DNA from: Mobula hypostoma
Lineage: Eukaryota
DNA length: 64,000 bases
Direction of reading: 5' to 3'
Assembly (NCBI RefSeq): GCF_963921235.1
Contig: NC_086097.1
Span: forward strand, 206,152,001 to 206,216,000
Within the stretch, counting starts at the first letter, position 1. Each line of letters begins with the position of its first letter. Under the pieces are notes generated by a model. That model was not told the DNA's origin, ran no database searches, and saw only the letters and a list, made by a program, of their open reading frames with translations. Of this stretch, positions 25,300 through 39,257 are shown one piece after another. The position numbers were made by a program, and so were the translations under genes.

Positions 25300-26610
25300 A
25301 AGCTCAAAGTAAATTCATTATCAAAGTACATATATTTTATCACATACAGTGGAATCCAGTAAATTTGGACACATCAGGACCAGTACGTTTTGTCCAATTA
25401 AGCAGCTGCTCCAATTAGCTTAAGTTTTACAGAAATATTTAAAAAGGTATAAAAAGAAACAAGCTACTGTTTAACTTGAGTAACAAATTATGATATACAG
25501 AACATATAAGAATACTGATACTATTATAGTATTATTAAACTGTATTAGTTTCTAATACTTAGCAGTGGAGGAATTCATCCAGTGTATGCTGCCATGCTCT
25601 GTTGACTGTAAATGAACAAAATCAGCGCAGGCACCTAGTGCGGATAATGGACTGCCTTCATACAATGCTTTTGACGACTGCATCCTCCAAATCTTCTTTT
25701 TTATTGTAACATTCAAAATGACTGACAACACTTTCAAATTCTTCATAGTTCCTAATTTGTTGAAGTAGCAACATAATTTAATTTTCACTCCTGGCTATTT
25801 CCAGCAACTCCAAGCCTGAAACCATGAAACTGCAGTGAGCAAAACTGTTCTGAATCAACTTACTGCTTATTTCTCGCCAATTATCAGTGACAAAAATCCA
25901 CTTCTTTTTGAACATAAACACATGAAACTGGCACTATTTAAAAGCTGTTTGCTCTCAGCAAGGTGTACTGTCTAACAGCCACATATGTGCACACAACTGG
26001 TACTAGTTAGAAATTGTTTGGTGACAGTCTCCTGTCCTAATTAAACAGCATAGTGTTCCAAATAAACAAAGGGAATTCCAGCTATTTTCTTGGCTAGTTT
26101 TTGTTCTTTAAGAGCTATCCCAAATAAGCTAATTAACCGAAGGCCCAATTAACCAGAATCCGCTGTACTAACTTAAGATTCATTTTCTTGCCGGCATTTG
26201 CAGGGAAAATAAAGAAATACAATAGAATCTATGAAAAACCATACATAAAGACTGATAATCACTGTACAATAGAAGACAAAATGGATATAAAAATAAATAA
26301 TACTCAGAACATGTTGTAAAGAGACCTTGAAAGTGAATCTGTAGGTCATAGAATTAGTTCAGAGTTGTAGTGAGTGAAATTATCCACAGTGATTCAGGAG
26401 CCTGTTAATTGCAAGATAATTATTGTTCCTGAATCACGTTATATGAGATCAAACGTTTTTGAACTTCCTGCCCAAACTGGATGGTGGGACTGTTTGATGA
26501 TGGGCAGTACTTTTTTGTGGCAGTGCTCCATGTAAATGTACTCAGTGGTGGGGATGGAATTTTTTCCATGACGCAACCAGTTAGTATACTCTCCATTGTG
26601 CATCTACAGA
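25300..26610 (-). mobile_element. Rex1/Babar 3' fragment interrupted by a DNA transposon
   Basis: Tail near 25305 and RCTMESILTGC near 26590. The 3' UTR is continuous across the 25347-26165 insertion. Confidence 0.7.
25347..26165. mobile_element. Non-autonomous pogo/Tigger-type transposon
   Basis: TA-CAGTGGAATCCAGTAAATTTGG ... CCCAATTAACCAGAATCCGCTG-TA. Confidence 0.8.
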
Positions 26611-27498
26611 ACATTAGACTGGTACTCCAAACATTTGTTCCCTCCACCACAAGCACAAGCACAAATTAGCTGCAGAACACCCTGCAGTTCTTTTTCCAAC
26701 TTACCTCAACAGCATCACCCAAACCTACAAGTTCTATTCACCAAGGATGAGTGCAAGAGATAAACAGGAGTACCACCATCAGCTGAAAGCTGTTTTCTAA
26801 ATCAAGCACCATCTTGATTTGGAAACGTATCTCGGTTCCTTTGTTGTTACTGTTCCTTCATTGTTACTGTGAGTAAATTCTGGAACTCTCTTGAACAGCA
26901 TTATGGGAGTACAGTTGTATAAATTGGTGGCTCACCTTCACCTCCAACAGCATTTCGCAATGGGCCTAATGCTGGCCTTGCCATTGATGCCCAAATTTCA
27001 CCCAAATATGAAAACAAAAATCACCAAATAGCAAAGACTTATAAACCGAAATGAAAATCTTAATTATAGATCAGTACCATATTATTCAGATTTACAGTAT
27101 GTCTTCAAACTTTTTTGAATACCTGTTGATAAAGATTATCCATAAAATATATCTAAAATTAAATTAATTAAGACAAGCTAATAATCAAAAGTACTGTGAA
27201 AAATCAAAGGATCCACAAACAGATAAAGCCATTTCAAAAAATACAAGGCTGACAAAATCAGCAAGCTATTAATGTCAACAAAAAAAAAATAGCAGGAAGG
27301 TAGTGCTTACAATCAGGGGATGAATAGTTCAAGTCTAAAATTTTGTACTCAAGTTATGGTACATAACTGTGCCAAAAATATTTTCTATTGCTATCATTTC
27401 CAGAGGAAATTAGCATGGGAACACAGGTTGTTCCTGTAAGAATCTAATCTGAGTTAATGTCAGATTAAACCCTTACAGAACCAATTTACATCCAATCA

Positions 27499-27846
<348 letters not shown>

Positions 27847-28864
27847 TTATAGAGGAATTGTCAGTCTATACAAATCAAATTATCAGTTTATAACAAACCA
27901 AATTATAATGCACAAATTTATAGTAAAACACAACTACTAAATTAATCCTAAGTTTTACACTTAATGCAATTAAACAACAGGAGCAGGATTGTTCTTAGTT
28001 GTGATAACAAGCCAGAGTGAAGAAAAATAGAATAAAGGAGACACACTTTTAATTTAAAATTTGTTGGAAAATATGAAATTGAAAAGCTGGTGAGACCCTC
28101 CACTACATGAATGAGCACATTACAATATCAAAAATTAATTGGCTTTAGGAATTGCTTGTTCTAATTTTGATTTTGATTAGATGATACTTTTTATACAAAT
28201 AGAATCAAACATAAATTCAGACTTAGCAGAATGACCTCTTTTTACTTTAATTAGAAAACATCAAAGCACTACAGTTATTTTTAAAATGGTGAAGTGATGG
28301 GACAGGGTAGAGAGTAAAAGGCAGGTTCCGTTATTCATAATTCAAGAACAAAAGGTCAAATAAGATGTATGTTAAGAAAATAAAAGTGGGAGTAACTTAT
28401 ACCACATCATTGTGCAATTGAATTAACTTGCAAAGTCAGATTTTGAGGCTCAAATTATCAACATTCAAGATATGGGAAAGTGGTAGATAAATATATTCAG
28501 CAATATTTGCTTATAGGGCTACTTTGTCCTCCTTTTATATATATTTAGGCCTGCTAATTTTTCTACTTTTGATATCTGTGGGACTCAATAAGCATTTCAA
28601 AATATGACAAGAAAGTGGGAAGTAAACTTCTTCATATTGGTATTGTTTTATTATTGTCACATGTACCGAGGCAGAGTAATTTTGTCTGCATGCCATTTAG
28701 GCAGATCATGCTATATATCAGCACATCAAGATAGTGGAAAGAAAACAGAATGCAGAATATAATGCTGCAGCTACAGAGAGTTTAGTGTAGGTAAATAATA
28801 TGAAGTGCAAAGACCACAATAATGTTGATTGGAAGATCATCGTCGGTGCACAAGAGATCCTTCT

Positions 28865-30500
28865 AAAGTTAAAGTTAATGTAAATTTATTATTGAAATTC
28901 ATGTGTGTTATCATATACTACCTTGAGATTCATTTTCTTGCAGGTATTTACAGGAAAATAAAGAAATAAAATAGAATGCATGAAAGACTATATATTCATA
29001 AGCAAAGAGTGACAACCAACCAAAGTGCAAAAAACCAAATTGTGCTAATAAAAAAATATTACTGAGAAAATGATCTGTAGAGTCCTTGAAAACGAGATCA
29101 GAGCTGTGATGAGTGAAGTTATCCACATGGTTCAGGAGCCTGATGACTGTAAGGTAATAATGATTGCTGAACCTGATGGGGTGGGAGCAAAGGCCCTTGT
29201 ACCTCCTGCTCAGTGGTAGCAGCAAGAAGAGAGCAAGATCTTTATAGTGAGGGTCCTTGATGATGGATGCTGCTTTCTTGTTGCAGCATCCCATGTAAAT
29301 GTGCTCAATGCTGGGAGCACGTTCCCTGTGATGGATGGGGAAGTACAGTATATACCACTTTCTGTTGACTTTTTCATTCCGATGGTTTCACACCAGACTG
29401 TAATGTAACCAACCAGCATGCTCTCCACTGTGCATCTATAGAAGTTTGTCAAAGTTTTAGCTAACCTATGCCAACTTTTAAGAAAGTAGAAGCACTGCTC
29501 TGCCTTCTTTGTGTTGACATTTCTTTGATATGATAATGCCAAGGAATTTTAAGTTATTGACCTTCTCTTTCTCAGATCCCCTAATAAGGAACTGGCTAAC
29601 AGACTTCCGGCTTCTTTCTCCTGTAATTGATAATCCACTCTTTAGTTTTGCTGATGTTAATTGAGAGGCTGCTGTGGCACAATCAGCCAGATTTTCAGAT
29701 CCCTCCTAAATGCCAATTCATCACCACCTTTGATTCCACCAACAGCAGCGGCATTATCAGCAAACTTAAGTATGGCATTGGAGTTGTACTTAGCTACACA
29801 ATCATAGCTATAAAGCAAGTAGAGCAGGGGCCTAAGTGTACAACCTTGTGGTACACCTGTGCTGATAATCATTGTGGAGGAGATGTTTGGCTGGGGTCTG
29901 CAAATGAAAAAGCTGAGGATCCAGCTGCATGAGGAGATTACTGAAGCCTATGTCTTGGAGCTTGGTGATGTGTTTTGAGGAAATAATAGTTTTGAATGCT
30001 GAGCTGTAAGTCAATTAAGAGTATCCTGATGTACGCAACATAATTTTTCTGCTGTTACAGAGCTTACTGAAGGGCCTATGAAGTGGCATCTGCTGCTGAC
30101 CTGTTGTGATGTAAGGCAAATTGAAGCAGTTCCAGATAACTCCTCAGGCAGCAGATATATGCTTCATGACCAAACTCCAAAAGCACATCAACACAGTGAA
30201 TGAAAGTGCTACAGGATGATAATTATTTGGGCAGGTTATCACGTTCTTCTTGGGCAATGGTATGGTCGAAGCCTGCTTGAAGCAGGTGGGTGCTTCAAGC
30301 TGCCAAAGTGAAAGAATGAAGCTCATTGTAAACATTCGAGCCAGTTGCTTAGCACAGGTCTTCAGTACTTGGCCATGTACGATGTCTGGGCCAAATGTTT
30401 TCCATGAATTCACCCTCCTGAAATCAGTTCATTTCCATTAACTTTTCTAAAGGATACTCTTAAGTCAGCTTCAGGGACTGAAATCACAGGATCATTGGGG
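28865..30500 (-). mobile_element. Rex1/Babar-type LINE, decayed
   Basis: GPDIVHGQVLKTCA, TGVPQGCTL, KFADN and NFYRCTVES. Confidence 0.85.
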
Positions 30501-31664
30501 GCTGTGGGGGTTTGTGGTATTTGATGCCCTCCATTGATATTCAAGATATTCCATTACAATTCTCCTATCATTTTCCAATATTACCTTCATTCAGTTTTTC
30601 TTTACAGGTAAAATCAAATAGGGAGATTTTCCCCAATGTTGGGAAGATTTGAAATTAGCGTTCTTCATTAATGCCATTCACTAACCACCTACTATGAGCT
30701 CTTTCCTGGTAACTCTCTAAAATATATTAGACTGATCCAGTTGAACTTTGGACCCTATGTCTATTCAATCAGTATGACAACCTATTTCCGGCTACGCAAC
30801 CATCACCTATTCACACCCTCCCATTCTTAATATGTCTTCAGCTAGACCTTCATCCATGTATTTGATATGTCTAGGTTTGGCCATTCTATCTCATTCCTGC
30901 TAATGCACTCCACTCAATATCATGAATAGAAAGACATTCAAAATTATACCATCGTAACACATACCAAATACTGTTTATCCATCACCTCCTGCACTACTTG
31001 ACTTTCATAGGACGCTGATTAAACAAAGTACATACAACTCAAGCCAGCAGAAACATCTACATCAAATATCAAGACTCTTTGGTGCTATATGGTGCCAAAT
31101 GCTGCCTTGATGTGAATGCCAATCATGTTCCCTTTACATTCAGAAGTTTTTTTGGTTCATATTTGGATCAAGGTCTGGAGCATGGTGGATCAGACAGGAT
31201 GTAAATTCATCAGCACAGATTGTTATTACTAGCCATGTAATAATTTCCAGCACTTTTTTTATTATTTGAGTATAGGTTAATAGGATTTGCCCTACTTTTC
31301 ATGGACAGACTATATCGGTGCAGTTTTTGCTCACAGCCTTGTGCTAGCATTTTAGCCCCTACTGAAACAACTAGAGGAGCTGGTTATTCTACAGTGTCAG
31401 TACACTGTACTAGAGTCAAGCTGTTGTCTCTATACTAAGTTTTAATCTAATACAAGTTGAATTGAATAAATGGGAGCTGAATCATCAGAGATGCCTGTGG
31501 CTGAAGAGAGCTGCAAATGCTTCACCTGTGTTGGGGATTTCTGTTATGATACATCCTTGTTGAGCTTTAGGATAATTGTGTCATTTCTTTCTCCTGCTGT
31601 TCACAAAGATTAATAAATGGGACCCAAGCAATCACTTGAAGGATCAGTTGAAACCAGCTACAGC

Positions 31665-32210
31665 ATATACAACTTCTATAGGTGTACCGTGGAGAGCATT
31701 CTGACAGGCTGCATCACTGTCTGGTATGGAGGGGCTACTGCACAGGACCCAAAGAAGCTGCAGAAGGTTATAAATCTAGTCAGCTCCATCTTGGGCACTG
31801 ACATCTTTAGGGAGCAGTGTCTCAGAAAGGCAGCATCCATTATTAAGGATCTCCAGCACCCAGGGCATGTACTTTTCTCAATGTTACCATCAGTTAGGAG
31901 AAGTCTGAAGGCACACACTCAGCGATTCGGGAACAGCTTCTTTCCCTCTGTCATCCGAGTCCTAAATGGACATTGAAGCTTTGGACACTACCTCACTTTT
32001 TAAAAAATATACAGTATTTCTGTTTTTGCACATTTTTAAAAAATCTATTCAATATACATGATTGATTTACTTGTTTATCTATTATGTTTTATTTCATTTA
32101 TTATTATTATTTTTTTCCTCTCTGCTAGATTATGTATTGCATTGAACTGCTGCTGCTAAGTTAACAAATTTCACGTCACATGCCAGTGATAATAAACCTG
32201 GCTCTGATTC
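31665..32210 (+). mobile_element. Rex1/Babar 3' fragment
   Basis: NFYRCTVESILTGCITVWYG...NSFFPSVIRVLN, with tail AATAAACCTGGCTCTGATTCT. Confidence 0.85.
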
Positions 32211-33557
32211 TTCCACTGTTTACACATTTACATTCTTGTGTTGCAGAATTTCTAGATTGATACCCCATTTTTAGAAATATCTGATGCTGGCATGCTTTTT
32301 CTCTTCTTCATTGAACCAGGGTTGGCTACCTGATACAGGAGAGAGAAAAAAAATCAAAGCCCCTTTCAAGCTATCCATGAAATCTAAAGGCCTAGAACTT
32401 GTAACATGGGCAGATAACTTAACCAGCTCTGATAATCTGCTAACCACAGTACTTCTTTCAGCTTCACTAGAAATTTTCCATATCCTTTGTAGTACTCTTT
32501 AATCACCATCTCCTTGGGATATAGAGGCATAAACATACTACAGATATTAATTCAATGATACTTAAAACTTCCAATGTCCTAATTCAATTTTGTAGTATCA
32601 CAAATTAATGGATTAAGAGGTAGAATGCAAATATAGGCTTGTACAATAATTTCTAAAACATTTTCAATGTAGAACTTTCCTAACAATTCATCATGTCATT
32701 TAAGATATGCTTTTAGCTATTCAGGATATTACCTTACACATTAATGTACACAAATCTTAGACAAAAAAATCTGTGAAGTGAAGATACTTGCAAAAATAAT
32801 GAAATGAGAAATTTCTAAATATCAAAAAAATTCCTATAAAGAGCAGCAAACAGTAAAACACTAAATCAAATCAATATTTGGTGTGACCACCCTTTGCCTT
32901 TAAAATTGTATCGATCCTCTTAGGTAGACTGTTGCGTAGTTCCAAGCATCTTGGAGAACTTGCCAGTTCTTCTACAGTCTTTGGCTGTCTCACTTGCTTC
33001 TGTCTCTCCAAGTAATTCCAGACAACTTCAATGATGTTGAAATCAGGGTTCTGCGAAGGGCATACCATCTTTTGCTAAAAAGTCCGGTTGTAATTCTCAG
33101 CACTGAGGATACCATTAATTCTGACCAGATCACCAACTCCATTTGCAGAAGTGCAGCCCCAAACCTGCAGTGAACTGCCACCCTTCACTGTTGGCTGCAG
33201 ACACTCATCCATGTAGCTCTCTCCAGTTCTTCAATGGACAAACTGTTTCTGGTTTGCAACAAAAACATCAGAGGACTTGCTGCCATTGTTCAGCACCTCA
33301 ATCCTTGTGTTTTTGTACATAGATGAGTCTCATGGCTTTGTTTCTACTTGGCTTTCTGGCAGAACTCTTCCATGAGGCCACTTCTGACAAGAATTCTCCA
33401 TTCTGTAGTGGGGTGTACTTGGGTTCCAGCAGTTTCTGAGTTCAGAGTTGACGGCAGTGCTGGACTTCTTACGATTTAGAAGGGACATCACTTTGATATA
33501 TCTCGTCTGCTGCACTCAGTTTCCATGACAGGCCACTGCGTTTCTGGTTCTCAAGCT

Positions 33558-34123
33558 CCCCATAGCTGTTTGCATGTAACAGTGGCCACACCCCGGGCGA
33601 TGGCTTCGACAAGCCGGCTAAACCAAGTGAGGTAGCCGACGGGTCTCAAACCCTCGGTGAGATAGGGAGTTGTCTATCCCAGCATGTGAAGACAGACTCC
33701 GGCTGATTGAGTGGACGAGACCAATGCAAGGTCCAACAGTCAAGAAGACGGTCTCTGCAAGCGTCGTGGAACGCGTAATGCACAAGACACAGATGTCCTG
33801 GTCATCCACTGTGCCTAGTCTCATCTCCAGCGTCTTGACTCTTGTCTTGCCACTGGATCCAGATGGGAATTGGGAAGAGAGAGTGAGGCTGACGCTTCAC
33901 AACTCTCCCTCACTTAAATCCAAATCAAGCGCTCGTCTCGACACCATCAAAAAAGCCAGCTGGTGGCACAGTGACTTAAGTGCGAAGGTTCCTGAGTTCG
34001 AATCTAGTCAGGCTGCTCCCAGGCATGCTTTCCATCCGTGCCAGGTTGAGTGTCGAGCTAGCAACTCAACCTCATAAAAAGTACTAATGGTGTCAAGGTC
34101 TTCATCGATGACGATGGATGAAC
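33558..34123 (+). mobile_element. Non-autonomous retroposon, probably RTE-related
   Basis: GC- and CpG-richer insert inside the Tc1, with a 3' hairpin GACACCAT/ATGGTGTC and a GATGACGATGGATG tail. The clade assignment is an inference. Confidence 0.55.
33955..34080 (+). mobile_element. tRNA-derived SINE
   Basis: A box TGGCACAGTG at 33964-33973, B box GAGTTCGAATC at 33994-34004, and AAAAAG on both flanks. Confidence 0.75.
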
Positions 34124-35853
34124 CTTTGCCCAGTCTGATTCCTCCTGCACTGGCTTCTACTTCAGTTAATCAGTTGAGTTCATTCAACTCATTAAATTAT
34201 TCATCATTAGCACCTGTTTGTTATTGTTGTTCAATCATTTACTGATCTATATGCCTACAAAGTATTCAAGTTTTTATCTGAAAAGTGGTCTATAACTTAT
34301 TATTTTACTTTCTTTAATGAAATACAAAAAATTCTTTGTAACATTTAATATTTTAGAAAATAAATGTTTGGAAATCTAAAATTTGCTCTTTTCTAATGAC
34401 ACTCTATTGCAGAAGACAAAATATAAACATCTAAAACAAAAGTTATGTAAAAATCTAGGGTGCCTAAGACTTTTGTATAGTACTGTATTATAAACAGCTA
34501 CATGCTGGTTATAGATTCTTTGGAAGAGCGGCAAATTATTTTCTTGAATTGCATAAGAGCATGAAGTATTATGCTGTTATGCAAGAAAATAATATCAAAT
34601 TGTTTCAAGACACAACTTATTAGAGACTTCTTAAAAAATAGAAACAAAAAAATTACTCTTTTTTTTGCTTTAAAGAGTTTCACCACATAGTTGTCACTCC
34701 AAGACTGAAAAAGTAACTCCAAATGAGGACGAAAACCCATCTGGGAAGAAACATAAAATCTCTATGAAATATCCATCTGTCCCGCTGATTGAACTGTTTA
34801 TCACTATTGCTCTGTCACACTTCTTCCTTTTCCTGTGCAGCTGAGCTACTGGTGGTTCTGACCACACTCGTCTTAGCAACCACTACTCTTCCACATAATA
34901 AAACGGGAAAATCTGTTCATGAGGTAGACAGATTCAGCTGGCTGTTTACTACCTGCATGCTCTTCCAAGGTACCCATTCCCAATCTCGCTGCACACTCCT
35001 TTAAAAATATTACTTCCAAAGTTCTTAGCTTTGTAGACATACCACAGTAATGTCAACCAGCGTTCCGTCCCCAAAAACCAGAGTTCAAGCTGCTGATGTT
35101 GGAGATCCTTCTTGTGCAGAGTTGTCTAGATTACTCAATACATTTCCAACTTTCCATTTAGCTAAGCTGTCCTTTATGAATTATAAAGCAAAGACCAGAC
35201 ACTCCACAATCAGCTACCTGCCTGCTGACAACATCAGCTGCAAATGCTGATGTTGCACTTTTAATTTACTGCTGGGCAGTTCTGCACTTAAGCTTTTGGG
35301 GCCACTCTTCCCATATTTGTTGTAGGATTTGGATAATGCTGGCCACCAAATAAATTAAGTGACATCCAGAAACAACCACATTATGGAATCAGAGTCAAAT
35401 GAAGGCTAGTAACATAATAGCAGACAGTTTCTCTACTAAAGTCCAGTTGCGATGCAAGTCCCCCTAACATCAATTCAAATTCGAAATAAATTTAGCAAGT
35501 TGCTGTGTTAGTGTCCCAATGAGTTGTTCAGCGCCATAATTTTTAGTGTAGGGCATCTGAAGGCTCTATAGTGGTTTAACTCCTTATTTGAGACAAAACT
35601 CATATTGTCATAAAGCAACTACTTGACGAGGCTTAATGAATCAATTAGCTAACTTCTTGTCATAACATAATGCCCTTAAATATTTTATGTGTGGTCATTG
35701 TTCACACAAATTAATACCAAATTAAACAGAAAGGTTATCTTTTGCAAATTGGTGCTGTACGAGTTCCAGGATTTAGAAAAAAAAGGCAGGAATTTTAATA
35801 TTAAGCCTTGAAGAACAAAACTATGGAAAGCAAGCTCAAACACACTATACTTA

Positions 35854-35973
<120 letters not shown>

Positions 35974-36740
35974 TTAAAAATAACCATCTTAATACAATAA
36001 ATATTCTATTTTTACAATATAGATCTGGATGTTAAACGCTAAGCAATTTAGATTAGTTCACCAATTCAGTTCAGATCCATAACTCTCTAACAGCATTTAG
36101 TATTTATTTTAAACGTTTTTGGAAGATCATCCTGACACATTTGCAAGAATGCTTAGAAAGGCTGAGGGCACAAAGTACCCTGAGAAGCTTGAGCAAATGC
36201 TAAGCAATTATCGAAGAAGATTGCAGTATGGAAGTTTCCTTTCAGAAACAGTGTTAGGAGATAGTCCAATAAACATCTCTCTTACAAATGACAAAAATAG
36301 AAAAAACGACCTGTGAACAAATGAGCTCATCCTCACAAAAACTGACTCCTGATCAAAAATATTCATTGGTATTAACCACTATGTAAAACATGTATAGCAC
36401 TTTTATAATGCAGCTCCTTCTTGTTTTACTTTAATGCCCTGTCCAACAGCTTCAATTTTATCCAGTTTAGCTTTAGTCACCACGGACTTACTCACTTTCA
36501 AGGGCCTGAAGTCCAATTAAATATAATTATTCACTTTCTCTGACATTAGGTATTAATTTAATTGTTCTACTACATATTCCTAGCTTGAATTGACTGTAAT
36601 GCTGAATTTCAGAATCAAAATAGTTTCTTCTTAAGTGCATGCTACTGCTTAATGGCATAGATCATAATTTTTTTATGGCTGATTAATTTATTGCAATGAA
36701 ACTTGGTAGAGTACATCTTCCTTAGTAAGTCAGATTCAAG

Positions 36741-38704
36741 AATGAAAGTGAAGGATAAAGAAGGCAACATGTGCCTGGAGGCAGAGGAGGTTGGGGAGGT
36801 CCTAAATGAATACTTTGCTTCAGTATTCACAAGTGAAAAGGACCTTGGTTAGGGTGAGGTTGAAATAGAACAGGCCTACGTGCTGGACAATGTGGAGATT
36901 AAGGAAGAAGTAGTGTTGGATCTTCTTAAAAATATCAAGATTGAAAAGTCCCCAGGGCCAGACAAGAATGGCTGACTGTCTGGTGCGACACACTAAGAAG
37001 GAAGTCCCCAGGGCCGGACGTGATATACCCCAGGTTGCTGTGGGATATGAGAGAAGAGATCGCTGGAGCAGTAGCTATGATCTTTGAATCCTCTTTGGCT
37101 GCAGGGGAGCTGCCGGAGGATTGGAGAAAGGCAAATGTAGTTCCCTTGTTTAAATAAGGTAATAGGGAGAATCCTGGGAACTATAGACCGGTGAGTCTTA
37201 TGTCGGTGGTCAGCAAGTTATTGAAAAGGATTCTTAAGAATAGGATCTACGAGCACTTGGAGAACTACAGTCTACTCAAGGATAGTCAACATGGCTTTGT
37301 GAAGGGAAGGTCGTGCCTCATGAGCCTAATTGAGTTTTTTGAAGAGATACCAAAAGAAATTGATGAGGGTAGGGTGGTCTACATGGATTTTAGCAAGGCA
37401 TTTGACAAGGTCCCCCACGAGAGACTCATTCAGAAAGTCATGAGGCATAGGATCAGTGGAACCTTGGCTGTTGGATAAAAAATTGGCTTAAAGGAAGAAA
37501 GCAGAGGGTAGTACTGGAAGGAAAGTATTCTGCCTGGAGGTCGGTAACTAGTGGAGTGCTGCAAGGATCTGTCCTGGGACCCCTGCTCCTTGTGATTTTT
37601 ATAAATGACCTGATGAAGAGGCGGAAGGATGGGTGAATAAGTTTGTGGACGACACAAAGATTGGAGGAGTTGCGGATGAAGCTGTAGGTTGTCAAAGGTT
37701 ACAAGAGGATATAGACAGGATGCAGAGTTGGGCAGAAAAGTGGCAGATGGAGTTTGATCTGGATAAGTGTGAGGTGATGCATTTTGGAAGGACAAACCAG
37801 AAGGCTGAGTACAGGATTAATGGTCGGTTACTTAAGAGTGTGGATGAACAGAGGGACCTTGGGGTTCAAATCCATACATCCCTCAAGGTCACTGCACAGG
37901 TTGATAGGATAGTTAAGAAGGCCTATGGGATGCTAGGCTTCATTAATAGGGGGATTGAGTTCAAGAGTAGAGAGGTCATGTTGCAACTCTATAAATCTCT
38001 GGTGAGACCACACTTAGAGTATTGTGTTCAGTTCCGGTCACCTCATTATAGGAAGGATGTGGAAGCTATGGACAGGGTGCAGAGGAGATTTACTGACCAA
38101 GGGTCTCGGCCTGAAATGTCCACTGTACCTTTTCCTAGAGATGCTGCCTGGCCTGTTGCGTTCCCCAGCAACTTTTATGTGCGTTGCTTGAAATTCCAGC
38201 ATCTGCAGATTTCCTGATATTTACCAGGATGTTGCCTGGATTGGAAAACAAGTCTTATGAGGCAAGGTTAGCAGAGCTGGGACTTTTCTCTTTGGAGCAT
38301 AGAAGGATGAGAGGGGACTTAATAGAGGTCTACAAGATTTTGAGAGAGGCATAGATAGGGTGGATAGCCAGTACCTGTTTCCCAGGGCACAAATAGCAAA
38401 CACCAGAGGGCATATATACAAAGTTATGGGGGGGAGAAGTTTAGGGGAGACATCAGGGCTAAGTTTTTTTTACACAGAGGGTTGTGAGTGCCTGGAATGA
38501 CTTGCCAGGGATGGTGGTGGAGGCTAAAACATTAGAGGTATTTAAGAGCCTCTTGGACAGGCACATGGATGAAAGAAAAATAAAGGGTTATGGGGTAGTG
38601 TGGGTTTAGTACTTTTTTTTTAGAAATATATGGGTCGGCACAACATTGAGGGCCGAAGGGCCTGTACTGTGCTGTAGTATTCTAGTGTCCAGCGTCTAGT
38701 GTCA
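36741..38704 (+). mobile_element. CR1-type LINE, 5'-truncated, with two small insertions
   Basis: SQHGFVKGRSC, YMDFSKAFDKVPH, KFVDDTK and RPHLEYC, with tail (TCTAGTG)n. Confidence 0.92.
38094..38218 (+). mobile_element. Penelope terminal-repeat fragment with hammerhead motif, inserted in CR1
   Basis: (C)TGACCA-AGGGTCTCGGCCT-GAAA-TGTC-CACTG...CAGCATCTGCAGATTTCC. TSD ATTTAC at 38088-38093 and 38219-38224. Confidence 0.85.
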
Positions 38705-39257
38705 TGAACAACTGTTTCAAGTAAAGGCAAAGAAAATGAGGCAGGTTATTTTCTAAGCACATGTTAGCAACTTTCCAACTCCAATAGGTCCATAGTTTTC
38801 CCAGATTCTGTAGCACCCTGTTCCTACATGTAAAGTTGTAGCACGGCCTTCTGTTATCTCCATTATTTAAAACACAAATGCTACGAGCATAAGTTCAAAA
38901 TTTTAATTTCTTTTCTTCATTGCCTGCATATTTAGAAACTTTTTAAGTTCTAATGATTGGCTGTTCTTAATCATAATTTCTGACACTGACAAACTCCATT
39001 TAAGATTTTATTCATTTTTCAGATTCTCCCTCTCCCCTGCCACTTTAACCTTATCAAAGCATTAAAAGAAACATTTTACTGGAATATAAACCCACAGTTA
39101 AATCTTGAAAATAGTATGCAAACTGAGAAGGGTTAAAAGAACTTAAAATGATTACAGGATGAACTGTAAACATAAGTGGAATGAAACAATTATCTACAAA
39201 AAATGAAAAAAAGATTCAGGAAAAGACAGGAAATGATGTTTTTCCTTGTTAACATTA

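Larger units (their letters stand above)
32744..34485 (-). mobile_element. Tc1-like transposon, decayed, with nested insertions
   Basis: PSQNPDFNIIEVVW and KAKGGHTKY. The right TIR is GTGCCTAAGACTTTTGTATAGTACTG-TA; the left TIR is degenerate. Confidence 0.8.

Noticed and set aside
33580..33730. HDV-like ribozyme in the putative RTE 5' region
   Set aside because: I could not build the nested double pseudoknot by eye. A descriptor search would be needed.
33955..34030. tRNA gene (also 52930-53005)
   Set aside because: A/B-box heads are present, but no complete cloverleaf was evident. Both continue into SINE bodies with target duplications.
37633..38217. 194-aa ORF as a novel protein
   Set aside because: It is CR1 ORF2 reading into the inserted Penelope fragment.
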